Source: Methanomassiliicoccaceae archaeon
GTDB taxonomy: Archaea > Thermoplasmatota > Thermoplasmata > Methanomassiliicoccales > Methanomassiliicoccaceae
DNA: 64,000 bases
NCBI GenBank assembly: GCA_963728405.1
Contig: CAVSJV010000017.1
Location: 398,139 to 462,138, forward strand
Direction of reading: 5' to 3'
This document shows, piece by piece, positions 1-10,472 of this stretch. A program made the translations under genes and the position numbers. The notes under the pieces were generated by a model. The model had not been told where the DNA came from and searched no databases. It was given only the letters and a program-made list of their open reading frames with translations. Each line of letters opens with the position of its first letter. Positions within the stretch are counted from its first letter, which is position 1.

Positions 1-1
1 T

Positions 2-241
2 CAGAAGGTGGTCCATCGGAGGGATATCGGCCTCGAACCGGGGGCCTTCCTGACCGTATAACCGGTCGGGGATGAAACGCAAGGAGAACAGCAGCTCATA
101 GGCGGGTGCGAGCTCCCCGCTTGTGACCGACCGCATCGCACGGTAGGTCGAGTCGGTTCGGGCACATATTATGATGTGGTGCCTCTCCCGGAAATCCCAA
201 ATGAGCATCGCCTTGTCGATGATAGCCCCTTGAAAGGCCAC
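2..241 (-). CDS. Hypothetical protein, runs off the window edge (DUF2867-like N-terminus)
   Basis: Manual translation from GTG at 241: MAFQGAIIDKAMLIWDFRERHHIIICARTDSTYRAM...LLFSLRFIPDRL, open to the edge. The DFxExH and LFxLR pattern resembles DUF2867-type proteins. Confidence 0.5.
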   Translation of the reverse strand, partial: MAFQGAIIDKAMLIWDFRERHHIIICARTDSTYRAMRSVTSGELAPAYELLFSLRFIPDRLYGQEGPRFEADIPPMDHLL

Positions 242-312
242 GAGATTCCATCACAATGGAGAGATAAGGCCGTTGGCCTTGCTAGGGGGCATGTTCGGGC
301 TTCCTTGGAACG

Positions 313-1065
313 TCAATGCCCTTGATCGAACAGGGCCAGTTCGAAACATTTTATGAACTCGACGCCCTCCTTGTCCACCTGGAGATTCACCTGCCAGAAT
401 TCCACCCCATGTTCGGCGGCCTCCCTGGCGGCGTCCTGGATGCGAATGGTATGCCTATCCGGAACGGGTGGTGCGAAGATAGGGGCGTCATAGAGGAAGC
501 ACATCAGCATGATGGCCCGGGAGCCCGTCCCCACGGACGAAGCGATGTCGTGGAAGTGTTTGATGAGGCGCTCGAAGTCCAGAAAAGGCGCAGCGGTCTT
601 CTGGCATTGGGGATGGCCAGAGCAGTCGAGCATGTTCAGTGGGGTCTTGATCTCGATATAGTCCCGCCCGTTGATCCTGAAGTCGATGCGGGACAGCCCC
701 AGTCTCACCTCCCGCTCGACCTCGCAGACCTCCCCGGTCATCGGAGCAAGGAGACCCTGCCGAACGAAGTGTTCGACATAGTCGTTGGCCCGGCCCTGAT
801 CGATGCCAACCCATTCTTTCTTGGCCCTATCCACCGGGTCGAGGGAGATCGCCTCCACCGTTCCACCGGTGGTTCGTCTTGGGTCATCGCTCAGCGACAG
901 CAGGCAGGGGATGCCCAGGAAGCGTAGATTGCCGATCCGCCCGGTGCTGGGGCAATGGGCCTTGATGATCCGCCCATGCAGCTCCACCTCCATGATGAAC
1001 CGGTTCGGACGGGCCCTTATCAGTCCTTCCTCAAGCGGCGGCTCGAACCTGTACTTCATGTTCAC
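313..1065 (-). CDS. sfsA: DNA/RNA nuclease SfsA (sugar fermentation stimulation protein)
   Basis: RPNRF, AHCPSTGR, SRIDF and YIEIK motifs. Confidence 0.85.
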   Translation of the reverse strand: MNMKYRFEPPLEEGLIRARPNRFIMEVELHGRIIKAHCPSTGRIGNLRFLGIPCLLSLSDDPRRTTGGTVEAISLDPVDRAKKEWVGIDQGRANDYVEHFVRQGLLAPMTGEVCEVEREVRLGLSRIDFRINGRDYIEIKTPLNMLDCSGHPQCQKTAAPFLDFERLIKHFHDIASSVGTGSRAIMLMCFLYDAPIFAPPVPDRHTIRIQDAAREAAEHGVEFWQVNLQVDKEGVEFIKCFELALFDQGH

Positions 1066-1208
1066 GCAACCGTGCTCGGCATTATCTTAGTTGTCCAAAG
1101 CCCCTTCTACCGCTGATCGTGATCGACCACCGCTCCTTCTGGACATCGGCCGGCCGAGGGCGTAATAGTTAATAGGCAGCTTTCTAAAATAGTTCATGGG
1201 GCGATCAT

Positions 1209-1586
1209 ATGAACCATACGATAGTACATTTCGAGATACCGGCGGATGACCTCGACAAGATGAAGCGGTTCTATGGCAACGTTTTTGGCTGGAAGATCGT
1301 GGACATTCCCCGGATGGACTACGTGATGTTCCAGACCGTGCCGACCGACGAGAGGGGCATGCTCAAGGAGCCGGGCCTTAACGGTGGGATGTACAAGCGG
1401 ACGGCGAAGGAGCAGATGCCGATCAACTACATCAACGTCGAGTCGGTCGACGAATTCATCGAGCGTGTGGTGAAGAACGGAGGAAAGGTCCTGACCCAAA
1501 AGCAGCACATCCCCACGATCGGGTACACCGCCTGGATCGCCGATCCCGAAGGGAACCCGTTAGGCCTGTTGCAGCCGGAAATGTAG
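1209..1586 (+). CDS. VOC/glyoxalase family protein
   Basis: IVHFEI...FYGNVFGW...NGG...DPEGNPLGL. Confidence 0.9.
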   Translation: MNHTIVHFEIPADDLDKMKRFYGNVFGWKIVDIPRMDYVMFQTVPTDERGMLKEPGLNGGMYKRTAKEQMPINYINVESVDEFIERVVKNGGKVLTQKQHIPTIGYTAWIADPEGNPLGLLQPEM

Positions 1587-1689
1587 AAGACTACCGTCCG
1601 CTTGAGTTCCGGACAACAGTGGGGCGGCAACGGTCATTGGCCCTGGTCCAGCGATGCGCAACATTCTCGGACCTTGTCCCGGTCCGCGC

Positions 1690-3486
1690 TCAGAACCCCT
1701 TCCAGCGCTGGCGGTGGTTGAACCTTGGCTGCTCGTGGGCATCGACCTTCTTGGAGCTGGGAGCTGGAACAGCGGCCGTCAGAGGGGCCGGTCCACGCGG
1801 GGGACGAGCGTATGTGGAGTCCATGCAGGTGCGGTCGTGGGTCACCTTCATCAAGAAGACGAACCACAGGAAGTAGGCCAGCAGGATCACCAGAACGGCA
1901 GGCCAATACAGCGCGAAGACGAACGCCACGCTGGCAGCGGTGAGCAGGGTGATGAACACCAGCGATGCGACGTAACCGCTGATATAGATGTAATGACCAG
2001 GCATTGTTCCAAGGTTAGTGTAGTTGATCTGCTTCACCACCGGCCGAAGCTGGAGCTGGAGCACGATCCACAGCGCGATGGTGGCGACCACCGAGATACC
2101 GAAGGCGATGTGATGTTGCTCACCTGACGTCAGGATGATCCCAAGAACCGAGGCGACGTAGGCGATCTGGGCGACCAGCAGCCGATGGGACCCTTTGTAG
2201 ATGCGGTAGCCATTCCCTGGCAGGATCAGCTTGCTGAGCGTCCTGGAGATGAGCCCGGCGGAGTACTTGATGAAACGGGGCATCTTGCGGCCGATGACAT
2301 CGGCGATGCGATTGCTCTTCACCATCAGGAAGGGACAGAGGGCGCTCATGATGAAAGTGAACGCTCCCGCCAGCGGGTATAATTCGGCGCCTTTGGTGAT
2401 GGTGGCCGCCTGCCGCCCCACACTGGCATAGAGGACCGACTCCGCACCGCGGGCGCACATGGACGTCGAGACGGCGGTGGCCTGCCGGGAGCTGTAGCCC
2501 ATGAAGTAGGAGACCGTGGCGGTGATCAGCACGTCGTCGATGAGCACGAGGACGACCGCTACCGCCACGATGCCCATGACCGATGGGAACAGCCCGGGAT
2601 CGATGAGCATGCCGAAGGCGATGAAGAACACCGCCACGAACGCGTCCCGGAACGGGGCCATCTTCTCCTTCATCCGCTCGGTGATCTTCGTCTCGGCGAA
2701 GGCCATGCCGATGAAGAACGCCCCGATCATGCCCGGGATCGAGCAAAGCTCGGCGATAGCGGCGGACAGACAGACCATGCCCAGCGCGAACAGAACGAAC
2801 ATCTCGTCGTTCTTCATCTTGACCAGGTGGGAGATGGTCTTGGGGATTACCAATAGGGCGAGGATGGCGAACAAGGTGACGAAGACCGCCGCGCCGACCA
2901 CGAACCCGGTGAGAGAGGTATCGACGCCCGTCTTCACTATGAGCCCGCCGACCAGCGCCAGGAAGATGGCCGAGATGAAGTCCTCCACGACCATGACGCC
3001 GAGCAGGAAGTCCGTCTCGGGGTTGGAGAGCCGCTTCAGTTCCATGAGCGATTTCATCGCTACCGCAGCGCAGCTCATGGAGATGACCGCAGCGAGGAAG
3101 ATGGTATCGATGAGCGGCCAGCCCAGGGCGGTGCCCAGGAGGATGCCGGTGAAGAGATTGACGCCAATGTTGATGACCGAGAGGATGATGGCCGGCCGTT
3201 CTACCTTCCGAAGCTTAGTGATAGAGAACTCCAGGCCGACGAAGAACATCAGGAGGATTATTCCCAGCTGGGAGATTACCGATATGAACGTGGTGTCCTG
3301 GATGAGACCATCATAACGGAACCCGGCGATATCCAGGTGGATGAACGGCCCAATGAGGACCCCAGCGACGATGTATCCGAGAACCACGCTCTGCTTGTAG
3401 CGGCTGGCCAAGGCTGCACCTATGAAAGCGACCAGCATGATCGCCCCGACCTCGAACATTATGCTGCTCTCGTTCAGCCCTGTCAC
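1690..3486 (-). CDS. Cation:proton antiporter, CPA2 (Kef-like), with extra C-terminal TM helices
   Basis: LGYIVAGVLIGP, GIILLMFFVGLEFS, VVEDF, FFIAFG; many TM segments. Confidence 0.85.
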   Translation of the reverse strand: MTGLNESSIMFEVGAIMLVAFIGAALASRYKQSVVLGYIVAGVLIGPFIHLDIAGFRYDGLIQDTTFISVISQLGIILLMFFVGLEFSITKLRKVERPAIILSVINIGVNLFTGILLGTALGWPLIDTIFLAAVISMSCAAVAMKSLMELKRLSNPETDFLLGVMVVEDFISAIFLALVGGLIVKTGVDTSLTGFVVGAAVFVTLFAILALLVIPKTISHLVKMKNDEMFVLFALGMVCLSAAIAELCSIPGMIGAFFIGMAFAETKITERMKEKMAPFRDAFVAVFFIAFGMLIDPGLFPSVMGIVAVAVVLVLIDDVLITATVSYFMGYSSRQATAVSTSMCARGAESVLYASVGRQAATITKGAELYPLAGAFTFIMSALCPFLMVKSNRIADVIGRKMPRFIKYSAGLISRTLSKLILPGNGYRIYKGSHRLLVAQIAYVASVLGIILTSGEQHHIAFGISVVATIALWIVLQLQLRPVVKQINYTNLGTMPGHYIYISGYVASLVFITLLTAASVAFVFALYWPAVLVILLAYFLWFVFLMKVTHDRTCMDSTYARPPRGPAPLTAAVPAPSSKKVDAHEQPRFNHRQRWKGF

Positions 3487-3712
3487 CCATCCGCGGACCT
3501 GAAGGTAGGAGAGCCGCTGCTATGGGGCCGTAGACCTGACGACGACCAGAGCGCCGCCGCCTTACCCTACCGATCCTTCGCTAGTTGCCCTTCCTCCGCT
3601 CAGAAGTCCAGTGCATCCCGGGCGAAGTAAGACATGGTACATACTTGATGTTTTCTAGGCCGGCCTTGGGCGGGGAAAAACGCCTTTAGCGGGACCGCGC
3701 ATTGTACATGGG

Positions 3713-6430
3713 ATGAGAGGGCCATGGCACGCGCTCACCGCAGAACAGGCGATGGAGGGGTTGTCCACCTCACCGGCCGGGCTATCGCCATCAGAGGCCG
3801 ACGCCCGCTTCGAGCGCCACGGTCCCAATGAGCTGACGGCCGCGAAAAGCTCGACCGCGCTGACCCTTTTCATCAAGCAGTTCACCGATCCCCTGGTGCT
3901 CATATTGCTGGTGGCGGCGGCCATCTCCTTCAGCATCTGGCTTCTCGAAGGCGGGGTGGAGGAGCTATTCGATACGGTGGTCATCCTGGCCATCGTCATC
4001 ATCAACGCCGCCCTGGGGTTCTACCAGGAGTACAAGGCGGAGCGAACCCTGGAAGCGCTCAGGGACCTCTCCTCCCCCCAGGCCACGGCGGTCAGGGACG
4101 GAAAGGAGACATCCATCCCCTCCAAGCGCCTGGTCCCCGGGGACGTCATCGTTCTGGCGACCGGCGACAAGATCGCCGCCGACGCCCGCCTGATGGAGGC
4201 GGTGAACCTGGAGATGAACGAGGCGTCCCTGACCGGCGAATCGAACCCCGTGTCGAAGACCGCATCCGGAACATACCCCGAGGACGCCCCGGTGGGGGAC
4301 CGCCTGAACATGGTGCACTCCGGGACAGTGGTAGGCCGGGGGAGAGGCCGCGCGGTAGTCGTTGCCACCGGCATGTCCACCGAGCTGGGGAAGATCGCTG
4401 GACTGGTGGAGGAGGAGAACGAGCGAACCCCGTTGCAGAAAAAGCTGGCCCGCCTCACCGGTCAGCTGGGCATCGCCATAGTGGGCATAGCGGCGATCAT
4501 CTTCCTGGTCGGCCTGGCGGAGAACGTCCCCCTGCTGGACATGTTCCTGACGGCGGTGTCCCTGGCGGTCGCGGCGATACCGGAGGGTTTGCCGGCGGTG
4601 GTGACGGTCTGCCTGGCCCTGGGCCTCGCCCGTATGGCGAGGAAGAACGCGTTGGTCCGCCGCCTTCCCGCCGTAGAGAGCCTGGGCAGCGCCACTGTGA
4701 TCTGCACTGACAAGACCGGCACGCTGACCACCGGAGAGATGAGCGTGACCGAGGTCGCGCTGGTGCGGGACACGTTCCAGGTGACCGGGGAGGGCTACGC
4801 CCCGGTCGGCGAGATCAGAAATGGTAACGGCAAGGCGGAAGTGCGCAACGAACTGGCTTGGCTGGTGAGAGCGGGCGCGCTGTGCAATGATTCCAGACTG
4901 GTCAAGGAGAAGGGCTGGACGATACGGGGCGATACCACCGAGGGGACCCTCTTGGTGCTGGCGATGAAGGCCGGCGTGGAAGTGGACGGCCTGAGGGCCG
5001 AGTTCCCCCGGGTAGGGGAGGTGCCGTTCGACTCAGAGACCAAGCGGATGACCACCGTACACGTCCGGGGTGGAACGAAGTTCGTGTTCACCAAGGGGGC
5101 CGCCGAGAGCGTGCTGCCTTTATGCGTTAAGGCCCTGGTCGACGGCCGCGCGGTCGACCTGTCCGCCGAGCTGCACCAAAAGCTCGCGGAGAAGGACCAA
5201 GAGATGGCCAGTCGGGCGCTCCGAGTGCTCGCTGTGGCCATGAAGGAGGCGGCTGACGACGGCCCGGCCGAACTTGGACTGACGTTCCTTGGACTGGTCG
5301 GGATGATCGACTCCCCCCGGCCGGAAGCGGTCAGGGCGATCGAACGGTGCCGGACCGCGGGCATCCGGACCATCATGATCACCGGAGACCATGAGCGAAC
5401 GGCGGAGGCCATCGCCCGGCAGATGGGCATCGGCGACGGGAGGACGGCGGCGATCTCGGGCAAGGAGCTGGCAGCGATGGCACCGGAGGACCTCGCCTCC
5501 CGGGTCAGAAAGGCCAGCGTCTTCGCGCGCGTCTCTCCGGAGCACAAGGTCAACATCGTGGAGGCGCTACAGAGGAATGGCCAGGTGGTGGCGATGACCG
5601 GCGATGGGGTGAACGACGCCCCGGCGCTGAAAAAGGCGGACATCGGGGTGGCCATGGGCATCACCGGCACCGACGTGGCCAAGGAGTCGGCGGACATCGT
5701 GCTCACCGACGATAACTTCGCCTCCATCGCCGCGGCGGTCGAGGAGGGCAGGGGCATCTACGACAATATCCAGCGGTTCGTCGGCTATCTGCTATCGTGC
5801 AACGGAGGCGAGATCGCGCTCATCTTCGCGGCGACCGTGCTGTTCACCGAGCCGGGCTTCCTGCCGTTTCTCCTACCGATCCAGATCCTCTGGGTCAACC
5901 TGGTCACCGACAGCTTCCCGGCCTTGGCCCTGGGGGTGGAGCCGACCGACCCTCGGGTGATGGAGCGCTGCCCCCGGGATCCCAAGGAAGGGGCGGTAAA
6001 TCGGAGGGCGGTCTTCCGCATCCTCCTTATCAGTGCGGCCATGGCCGCCGCCGGTCTAATGGCGTTCCAGTTGAGCCTGGACATGAACGCCGACGTGGGC
6101 AGGGCGAGGACGGCGGCCTTCTGCACCCTGGTCCTCACCCAGCTGTTCATGGTGTTCTCCTTCCGCTCCGAACGCTCCTCCGTGCTCAGGACCGGGCTGA
6201 GGGGCAATCCCCGCCTCCTGTACGCCGTCCTGGTATCCGGGGCGCTGCAGCTGGTGGTGGTCTATGTTCCGTTCCTGAGCGCGGCGTTCAGGACGGTACC
6301 CCTGGAGGCGGAGTGGCTGTTCATAATCCCCCTCGCTCTGCTCGGCCTGATCGTCAATGAGGCCGCTAAGTATCTAGACGGCAGGGTGCATCGGGATGAG
6401 ATCTGCGAGGTGAGAACGGATGGAGATTGA
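3713..6430 (+). CDS. Cation-translocating P-type ATPase (type IIA, Ca2+-like)
   Basis: [28 protein letters not shown]. Confidence 0.95.
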   Translation: MRGPWHALTAEQAMEGLSTSPAGLSPSEADARFERHGPNELTAAKSSTALTLFIKQFTDPLVLILLVAAAISFSIWLLEGGVEELFDTVVILAIVIINAALGFYQEYKAERTLEALRDLSSPQATAVRDGKETSIPSKRLVPGDVIVLATGDKIAADARLMEAVNLEMNEASLTGESNPVSKTASGTYPEDAPVGDRLNMVHSGTVVGRGRGRAVVVATGMSTELGKIAGLVEEENERTPLQKKLARLTGQLGIAIVGIAAIIFLVGLAENVPLLDMFLTAVSLAVAAIPEGLPAVVTVCLALGLARMARKNALVRRLPAVESLGSATVICTDKTGTLTTGEMSVTEVALVRDTFQVTGEGYAPVGEIRNGNGKAEVRNELAWLVRAGALCNDSRLVKEKGWTIRGDTTEGTLLVLAMKAGVEVDGLRAEFPRVGEVPFDSETKRMTTVHVRGGTKFVFTKGAAESVLPLCVKALVDGRAVDLSAELHQKLAEKDQEMASRALRVLAVAMKEAADDGPAELGLTFLGLVGMIDSPRPEAVRAIERCRTAGIRTIMITGDHERTAEAIARQMGIGDGRTAAISGKELAAMAPEDLASRVRKASVFARVSPEHKVNIVEALQRNGQVVAMTGDGVNDAPALKKADIGVAMGITGTDVAKESADIVLTDDNFASIAAAVEEGRGIYDNIQRFVGYLLSCNGGEIALIFAATVLFTEPGFLPFLLPIQILWVNLVTDSFPALALGVEPTDPRVMERCPRDPKEGAVNRRAVFRILLISAAMAAAGLMAFQLSLDMNADVGRARTAAFCTLVLTQLFMVFSFRSERSSVLRTGLRGNPRLLYAVLVSGALQLVVVYVPFLSAAFRTVPLEAEWLFIIPLALLGLIVNEAAKYLDGRVHRDEICEVRTDGD

Positions 6431-7454
6431 TGGCTCGTACGGAGAGGGAGGCGGACAGATCCTGCGGAGCGCGGTGGCGCTGTCGGCACTGACCGGAACG
6501 GAAATCACGATCGACCACGTTCGAGGTAAGCGAGGCAAGCCAGGGCTGGCTGCCCAGCACCTGACCGCGGTCATGGGCGTGGCGTCCCTGTGCGACGGAG
6601 AGGTGGACGGCGGGTTCGTGGGTTCGACCTCCATCACGTTCAGGCCGGGCAACATCATCGGTGGCGCCTACCAGCTGGACGTGGGGACGGCCGGCAGCAT
6701 CACCCTGGTCCTGCAGGCGTGCATGCTCGCTTCCTTGCGCGCCCCCATGGCCACCGAGCTGGAGATCAAGGGCGGGACCAACGTCCGGATGTCCCCGCCG
6801 GTGGACTTCTACACCAATGTCCTGCTGCCCCTCCTTGGAAAGATGGACTTCGACGTCGAGCTCGAGATCGTCTCCCGCGGCTTTTACCCGCAGGGCGGTG
6901 GCACGGTAAAGGCGATCCTCTCCCCCTGTCCGCGGCTCGTTCCGCTGGACCTGGAGGTCCGCGGCCGGCTAGAGGAGGTGGGCGGCATGTCCTTCACCCA
7001 GAACCTGCCCGAGCATGTCGGCCAGAGGATGGCCACCGCGGCCCGCAAGGCCTTCCTGGGCCAGGAGCTCAAAATAGGGACCGACCGGACCTCGGGCCAC
7101 TCGACCGGGGCGGGGCTTGCTTTGTATGCCCGGTATCAGAACACCTTCCTGGGCGCCGACGCGCTGGGCGAGAAGGGCGTGTCGGCAGAGAGAGTGGGAG
7201 AGGAGGCGGTCCACCGGCTGAAGGACGAGATGGACGGACCAGGCACGCTGGACCTCCACGCCGCCGACCAACTGCTCGCCTACATGGCCCTGGCCGAGCG
7301 GCCATCCCGCTTCATCGTGGGGGATGTGTCCTCCCATCTGAGCACCCAGATGTGGCTGTTGAAAAAGTTCCTGCCGGTCGAGTTCGTCGAGCGCGAGAGG
7401 GATGAGGGCGTCCTGGTCGAGGTCTTCCCTAACCGTACATCCCGGGAAGAGTGA
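6420..7454 (+). CDS. rtcA: RNA 3'-terminal phosphate cyclase
   Basis: [34 protein letters not shown]. Confidence 0.95.
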   Translation: MEIDGSYGEGGGQILRSAVALSALTGTEITIDHVRGKRGKPGLAAQHLTAVMGVASLCDGEVDGGFVGSTSITFRPGNIIGGAYQLDVGTAGSITLVLQACMLASLRAPMATELEIKGGTNVRMSPPVDFYTNVLLPLLGKMDFDVELEIVSRGFYPQGGGTVKAILSPCPRLVPLDLEVRGRLEEVGGMSFTQNLPEHVGQRMATAARKAFLGQELKIGTDRTSGHSTGAGLALYARYQNTFLGADALGEKGVSAERVGEEAVHRLKDEMDGPGTLDLHAADQLLAYMALAERPSRFIVGDVSSHLSTQMWLLKKFLPVEFVERERDEGVLVEVFPNRTSREE

Positions 7455-8199
7455 CCTTCCTTAGTTCGTCCTCCTTTCCTGCCTTCTCGTACATGTCCTT
7501 GAGGCCTTTTTCGATCATCTCGGCTTCCTGAAGCAGGGGCCGGATGTCCAGCGAGTCCTTGAGGACGAGCTTGTTGATCGCTCGAGTCACCGCTGCGGCG
7601 GCGCGCGCGTCCGGAAACTCGGTGCTCGCCTCCGACAGTAGGGTGATGACGTCGAAGGTGCGGCTGACCCCTTCATTCAGCAGTATGCCGGACAGGCCGA
7701 CGATGACCCCTCCCTCGAAGATGGCGATGTCGTTCGCTTTCAACATCTCCCTGGCTTCCGAAGTGGAGCCGACTCCCAGCACCTGGCTTTCGGACTCGTC
7801 CTTGTTGGGCGGGCGGGCGCTCTGCTTGGTGCTCAATCCCTCCGGCGAGATGATCAGGCGGCACTTGTGATCCTCCACCCAGTCCATGATGGTCTTGCCC
7901 AGCTCCTTTAGGACGTGCGGGGGAGGTTGGAACTCGGAAACGAACACTACCAGGCGATCCCCCATCTCGTTCATGTCGCCAGCATAGACGCGCACCGGGC
8001 TGTTGGGGACCCCGTTCTTGATCATGGACACGGTGGGAAAGTAATCGGAGTCCACCACCGCGATCTGCCTGAGCTTGAGCTGAGTGACCAGGTAGTTGGC
8101 CACGATCGACCCCACCAACCCGATGGATGGGAAACCGTCCAGGACATAACTTCCCCTGAGGTTCATCTCCTCGATCTCAATGATCCGAATGAAGCTCAT
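7429..8199 (-). CDS. Proteasome assembly chaperone (PAC2/PbaA-B family)
   Basis: GFPSIGLVGSI, FPDARAAA and a C-terminal MYG HbYX-type motif; start set at MSFIRI. Confidence 0.85.
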   Translation of the reverse strand: MSFIRIIEIEEMNLRGSYVLDGFPSIGLVGSIVANYLVTQLKLRQIAVVDSDYFPTVSMIKNGVPNSPVRVYAGDMNEMGDRLVVFVSEFQPPPHVLKELGKTIMDWVEDHKCRLIISPEGLSTKQSARPPNKDESESQVLGVGSTSEAREMLKANDIAIFEGGVIVGLSGILLNEGVSRTFDVITLLSEASTEFPDARAAAAVTRAINKLVLKDSLDIRPLLQEAEMIEKGLKDMYEKAGKEDELRKVTLPGMYG

Positions 8200-8275
8200 A
8201 TTTTTTCGATTCCAACCACTTACTAATAAGATGTTGGTGGGAAGTATTATGGACTGCCCCCGGGATTTTGGAACG

Positions 8276-8917
8276 ATGAGGCCCACGGTGACAGTGAATT
8301 GCGCCATGACCGCCGACGGCAAGATCGCCGGTCGATCCCGTAAACAGCTGCGCATATCCTCGGCCGAGGACCTGGAGCGCGTCAAGCACCTGAGGGCCGC
8401 CTCCGACGCCATCCTGGTCGGCGTGGGCACCGTTCTGGCCGACGATCCTCATCTGACGGTGAAAGGCAATTCCCCGGCAAAGAACCCCCTCCGCGTCGTG
8501 CTCGACTCCCAAGGCCGCACGCCGGAGAGCGCCCGGGTCCTAGACGCCCAGGCACGGACGCTGGTCGCCACCGCCGAGGAGTGCCGGACCACCTGGCCGA
8601 CCGCCGAGGTAGTGCGCGTCGGCCGGGGGAAGGTCGACATCGGGCTCCTGCTGGAATATCTGTCCGAGAGGGGCGTCCGGACCGTTATGGTCGAAGGGGG
8701 CGGAGAGACCATATTCTCCTTCTTCGAGAGAGGACTGGTCGACCGCTACTGTGTGTTCGTCGGCAGCCTGATCATCGGGGGAAGGGGTTCCCCCACCCCG
8801 GCGGACGGAGATGGGTTCGAGGACGAGCGCATCGCCCGGCTGAGATTGATCTCCTGCGAGCACCTGGGTGGCGGGGCCCTATTGACCTACGAGGTCGGAA
8901 ATGGAACGCCGCCCTAG
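8276..8917 (+). CDS. arfC: 2,5-diamino-6-ribosylamino-4(3H)-pyrimidinone 5'-phosphate reductase (RibD C-terminal family)
   Basis: AMTADGKI, DAILVGVGTVLADDP, VEGGG. Confidence 0.85.
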   Translation: MRPTVTVNCAMTADGKIAGRSRKQLRISSAEDLERVKHLRAASDAILVGVGTVLADDPHLTVKGNSPAKNPLRVVLDSQGRTPESARVLDAQARTLVATAEECRTTWPTAEVVRVGRGKVDIGLLLEYLSERGVRTVMVEGGGETIFSFFERGLVDRYCVFVGSLIIGGRGSPTPADGDGFEDERIARLRLISCEHLGGGALLTYEVGNGTPP

Positions 8918-9383
8918 GTTCCTGGCCGACGAGATGCTCGGCTCGCTGGCCCGCTGGTTGCGCATCATCGGTTATGACACCGCCTACGTCCGGAACCTGA
9001 CTGACAGTGAGATCTTGGAGCTGGCGCACCAGGAGGACCGCTTCTTGCTCACCCGTGACCATCAGCTGGCCGAGCGGGCCGGGGACCGCGGACTGCTGCT
9101 GACCAGCGCGCACCTCGAGACGCAGCTGTCCCAGGTCGACGCCGCCTACCATATCGCCTTCACCGAGCCGATGACCCGCTGCACATTATGCAATGGACCG
9201 TTGAGCAAGGTCCCGGCTGGGGAGGTGAGCGAGAAAGTACCGGAGCGGGTACGGGCCTTGCATGATGAGTTCTTCGTCTGCCAGAGCTGCGGACAGACAT
9301 ACTGGAAAGGCACCCACTGGGACCGGATAAATGAACGCCTGGAAAGAGTTCTCCGACCTAGAGCCGGTAGTAGTCCTCACTGA
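8901..9383 (+). CDS. Mut7-C RNase (PIN) domain protein with zinc ribbon
   Basis: FLADEMLGSLARWLR, LLTRD, RCxxCNG, CxxCGxxYWxGxH. Confidence 0.9.
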   Translation: MERRPRFLADEMLGSLARWLRIIGYDTAYVRNLTDSEILELAHQEDRFLLTRDHQLAERAGDRGLLLTSAHLETQLSQVDAAYHIAFTEPMTRCTLCNGPLSKVPAGEVSEKVPERVRALHDEFFVCQSCGQTYWKGTHWDRINERLERVLRPRAGSSPH

Positions 9384-10290
9384 CGATCTTGCCGGTGCCG
9401 GCGTTGATGACCATGATGCCATGGACGCCCTCCACGCACCATATGGGAATGTAGAACACGCCCCGGTCCTCCATGACGATCTCGTCCTCCTTGGGGGAGA
9501 CCTTCTTCTTCTCGGTGATGGTGACGTGGTTCTCCTCCCGGATGTTCTCCTTCTCGTAGGAGTTGACCCTTATCAGCTCCCGGCGGGCCAGGCGCTTGGC
9601 GTCCTCCATGCTGATGGATGGTTCCAGCCTCTTGTGGGCGACCTCGAGGGCGTAGACCACGTCGGTCTTCTCGCTCCACGATTCCACCTTGTGGGTGAGC
9701 CCGTTGATCGACAGAATGCCCCTCTCCACGCTGACCTTCTCCCCGCCCATGTACAGGGGGCAGATGTATCCATAAACGTAATGGGGCACCAGCTCGAGCC
9801 GATGCCGGAACCCCGCCACCGTCTGCCGGGACAGCTCCTTCACATCGTCCACACCGATGACCGGGCGGACTATCCGCTCTCCCACCGACGGCTCTGAGAT
9901 ATCCTCTAGCAGCTCGGGGGATACCAGCTTGGGAAAGTCGTCGGCGACCAGTTCGTCGACCAGACCGTGATCACGGTCCCCCATCACCCTCTCGATGCGG
10001 GTCCTTCCGATCTCATGTTCCAAGGCGTCCCGGTCCCATATCGTCACCGAGCGATCGAGCGTTTCGATGAAGGAGGGGGGCACCGCTTCCAGGGTGGCGA
10101 TTATTTTCTTGCCTGCGTGGTCCTTGAACCGGGTCATGAAAGCATCGACCACCGGCCGATCCAGGGTCGATAATAGGCAGAACACGACCTCGCTGGGGCC
10201 CTTTCGGGCCAGCAGATAGCCGTCCTCCTGCGAGGTCTGGAAATCACGGGCCTGCAGTATCTCACTGACCAAAAGGGCCAAGGAGGTCAA
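9358..10290 (-). CDS. Conserved hypothetical protein (degenerate restriction-endonuclease-like N-terminus, PepSY-like C-terminal repeats)
   Basis: 310-aa ORF with typical codon usage; VTIWDRDAL, SINGLT and INAGTGKIV motifs. Confidence 0.55.
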   Translation of the reverse strand: MTSLALLVSEILQARDFQTSQEDGYLLARKGPSEVVFCLLSTLDRPVVDAFMTRFKDHAGKKIIATLEAVPPSFIETLDRSVTIWDRDALEHEIGRTRIERVMGDRDHGLVDELVADDFPKLVSPELLEDISEPSVGERIVRPVIGVDDVKELSRQTVAGFRHRLELVPHYVYGYICPLYMGGEKVSVERGILSINGLTHKVESWSEKTDVVYALEVAHKRLEPSISMEDAKRLARRELIRVNSYEKENIREENHVTITEKKKVSPKEDEIVMEDRGVFYIPIWCVEGVHGIMVINAGTGKIVSEDYYRL

Positions 10291-10472
10291 AAACGCACCG
10301 TGGCCCCCAATATGGTGGGGTCTTAAATACGTTTCCAGGCAGAATCGAGGTCCCCGTTTCTTGACTTGCCCTTTACCGGCCGGACGGTTAGGACATGTGA
10401 TGTTTTAATCGAATCATTTATTAAACTGCCATAGATTCTCGGATAGATTATTTTAAACTGGAACGGTGTGGG

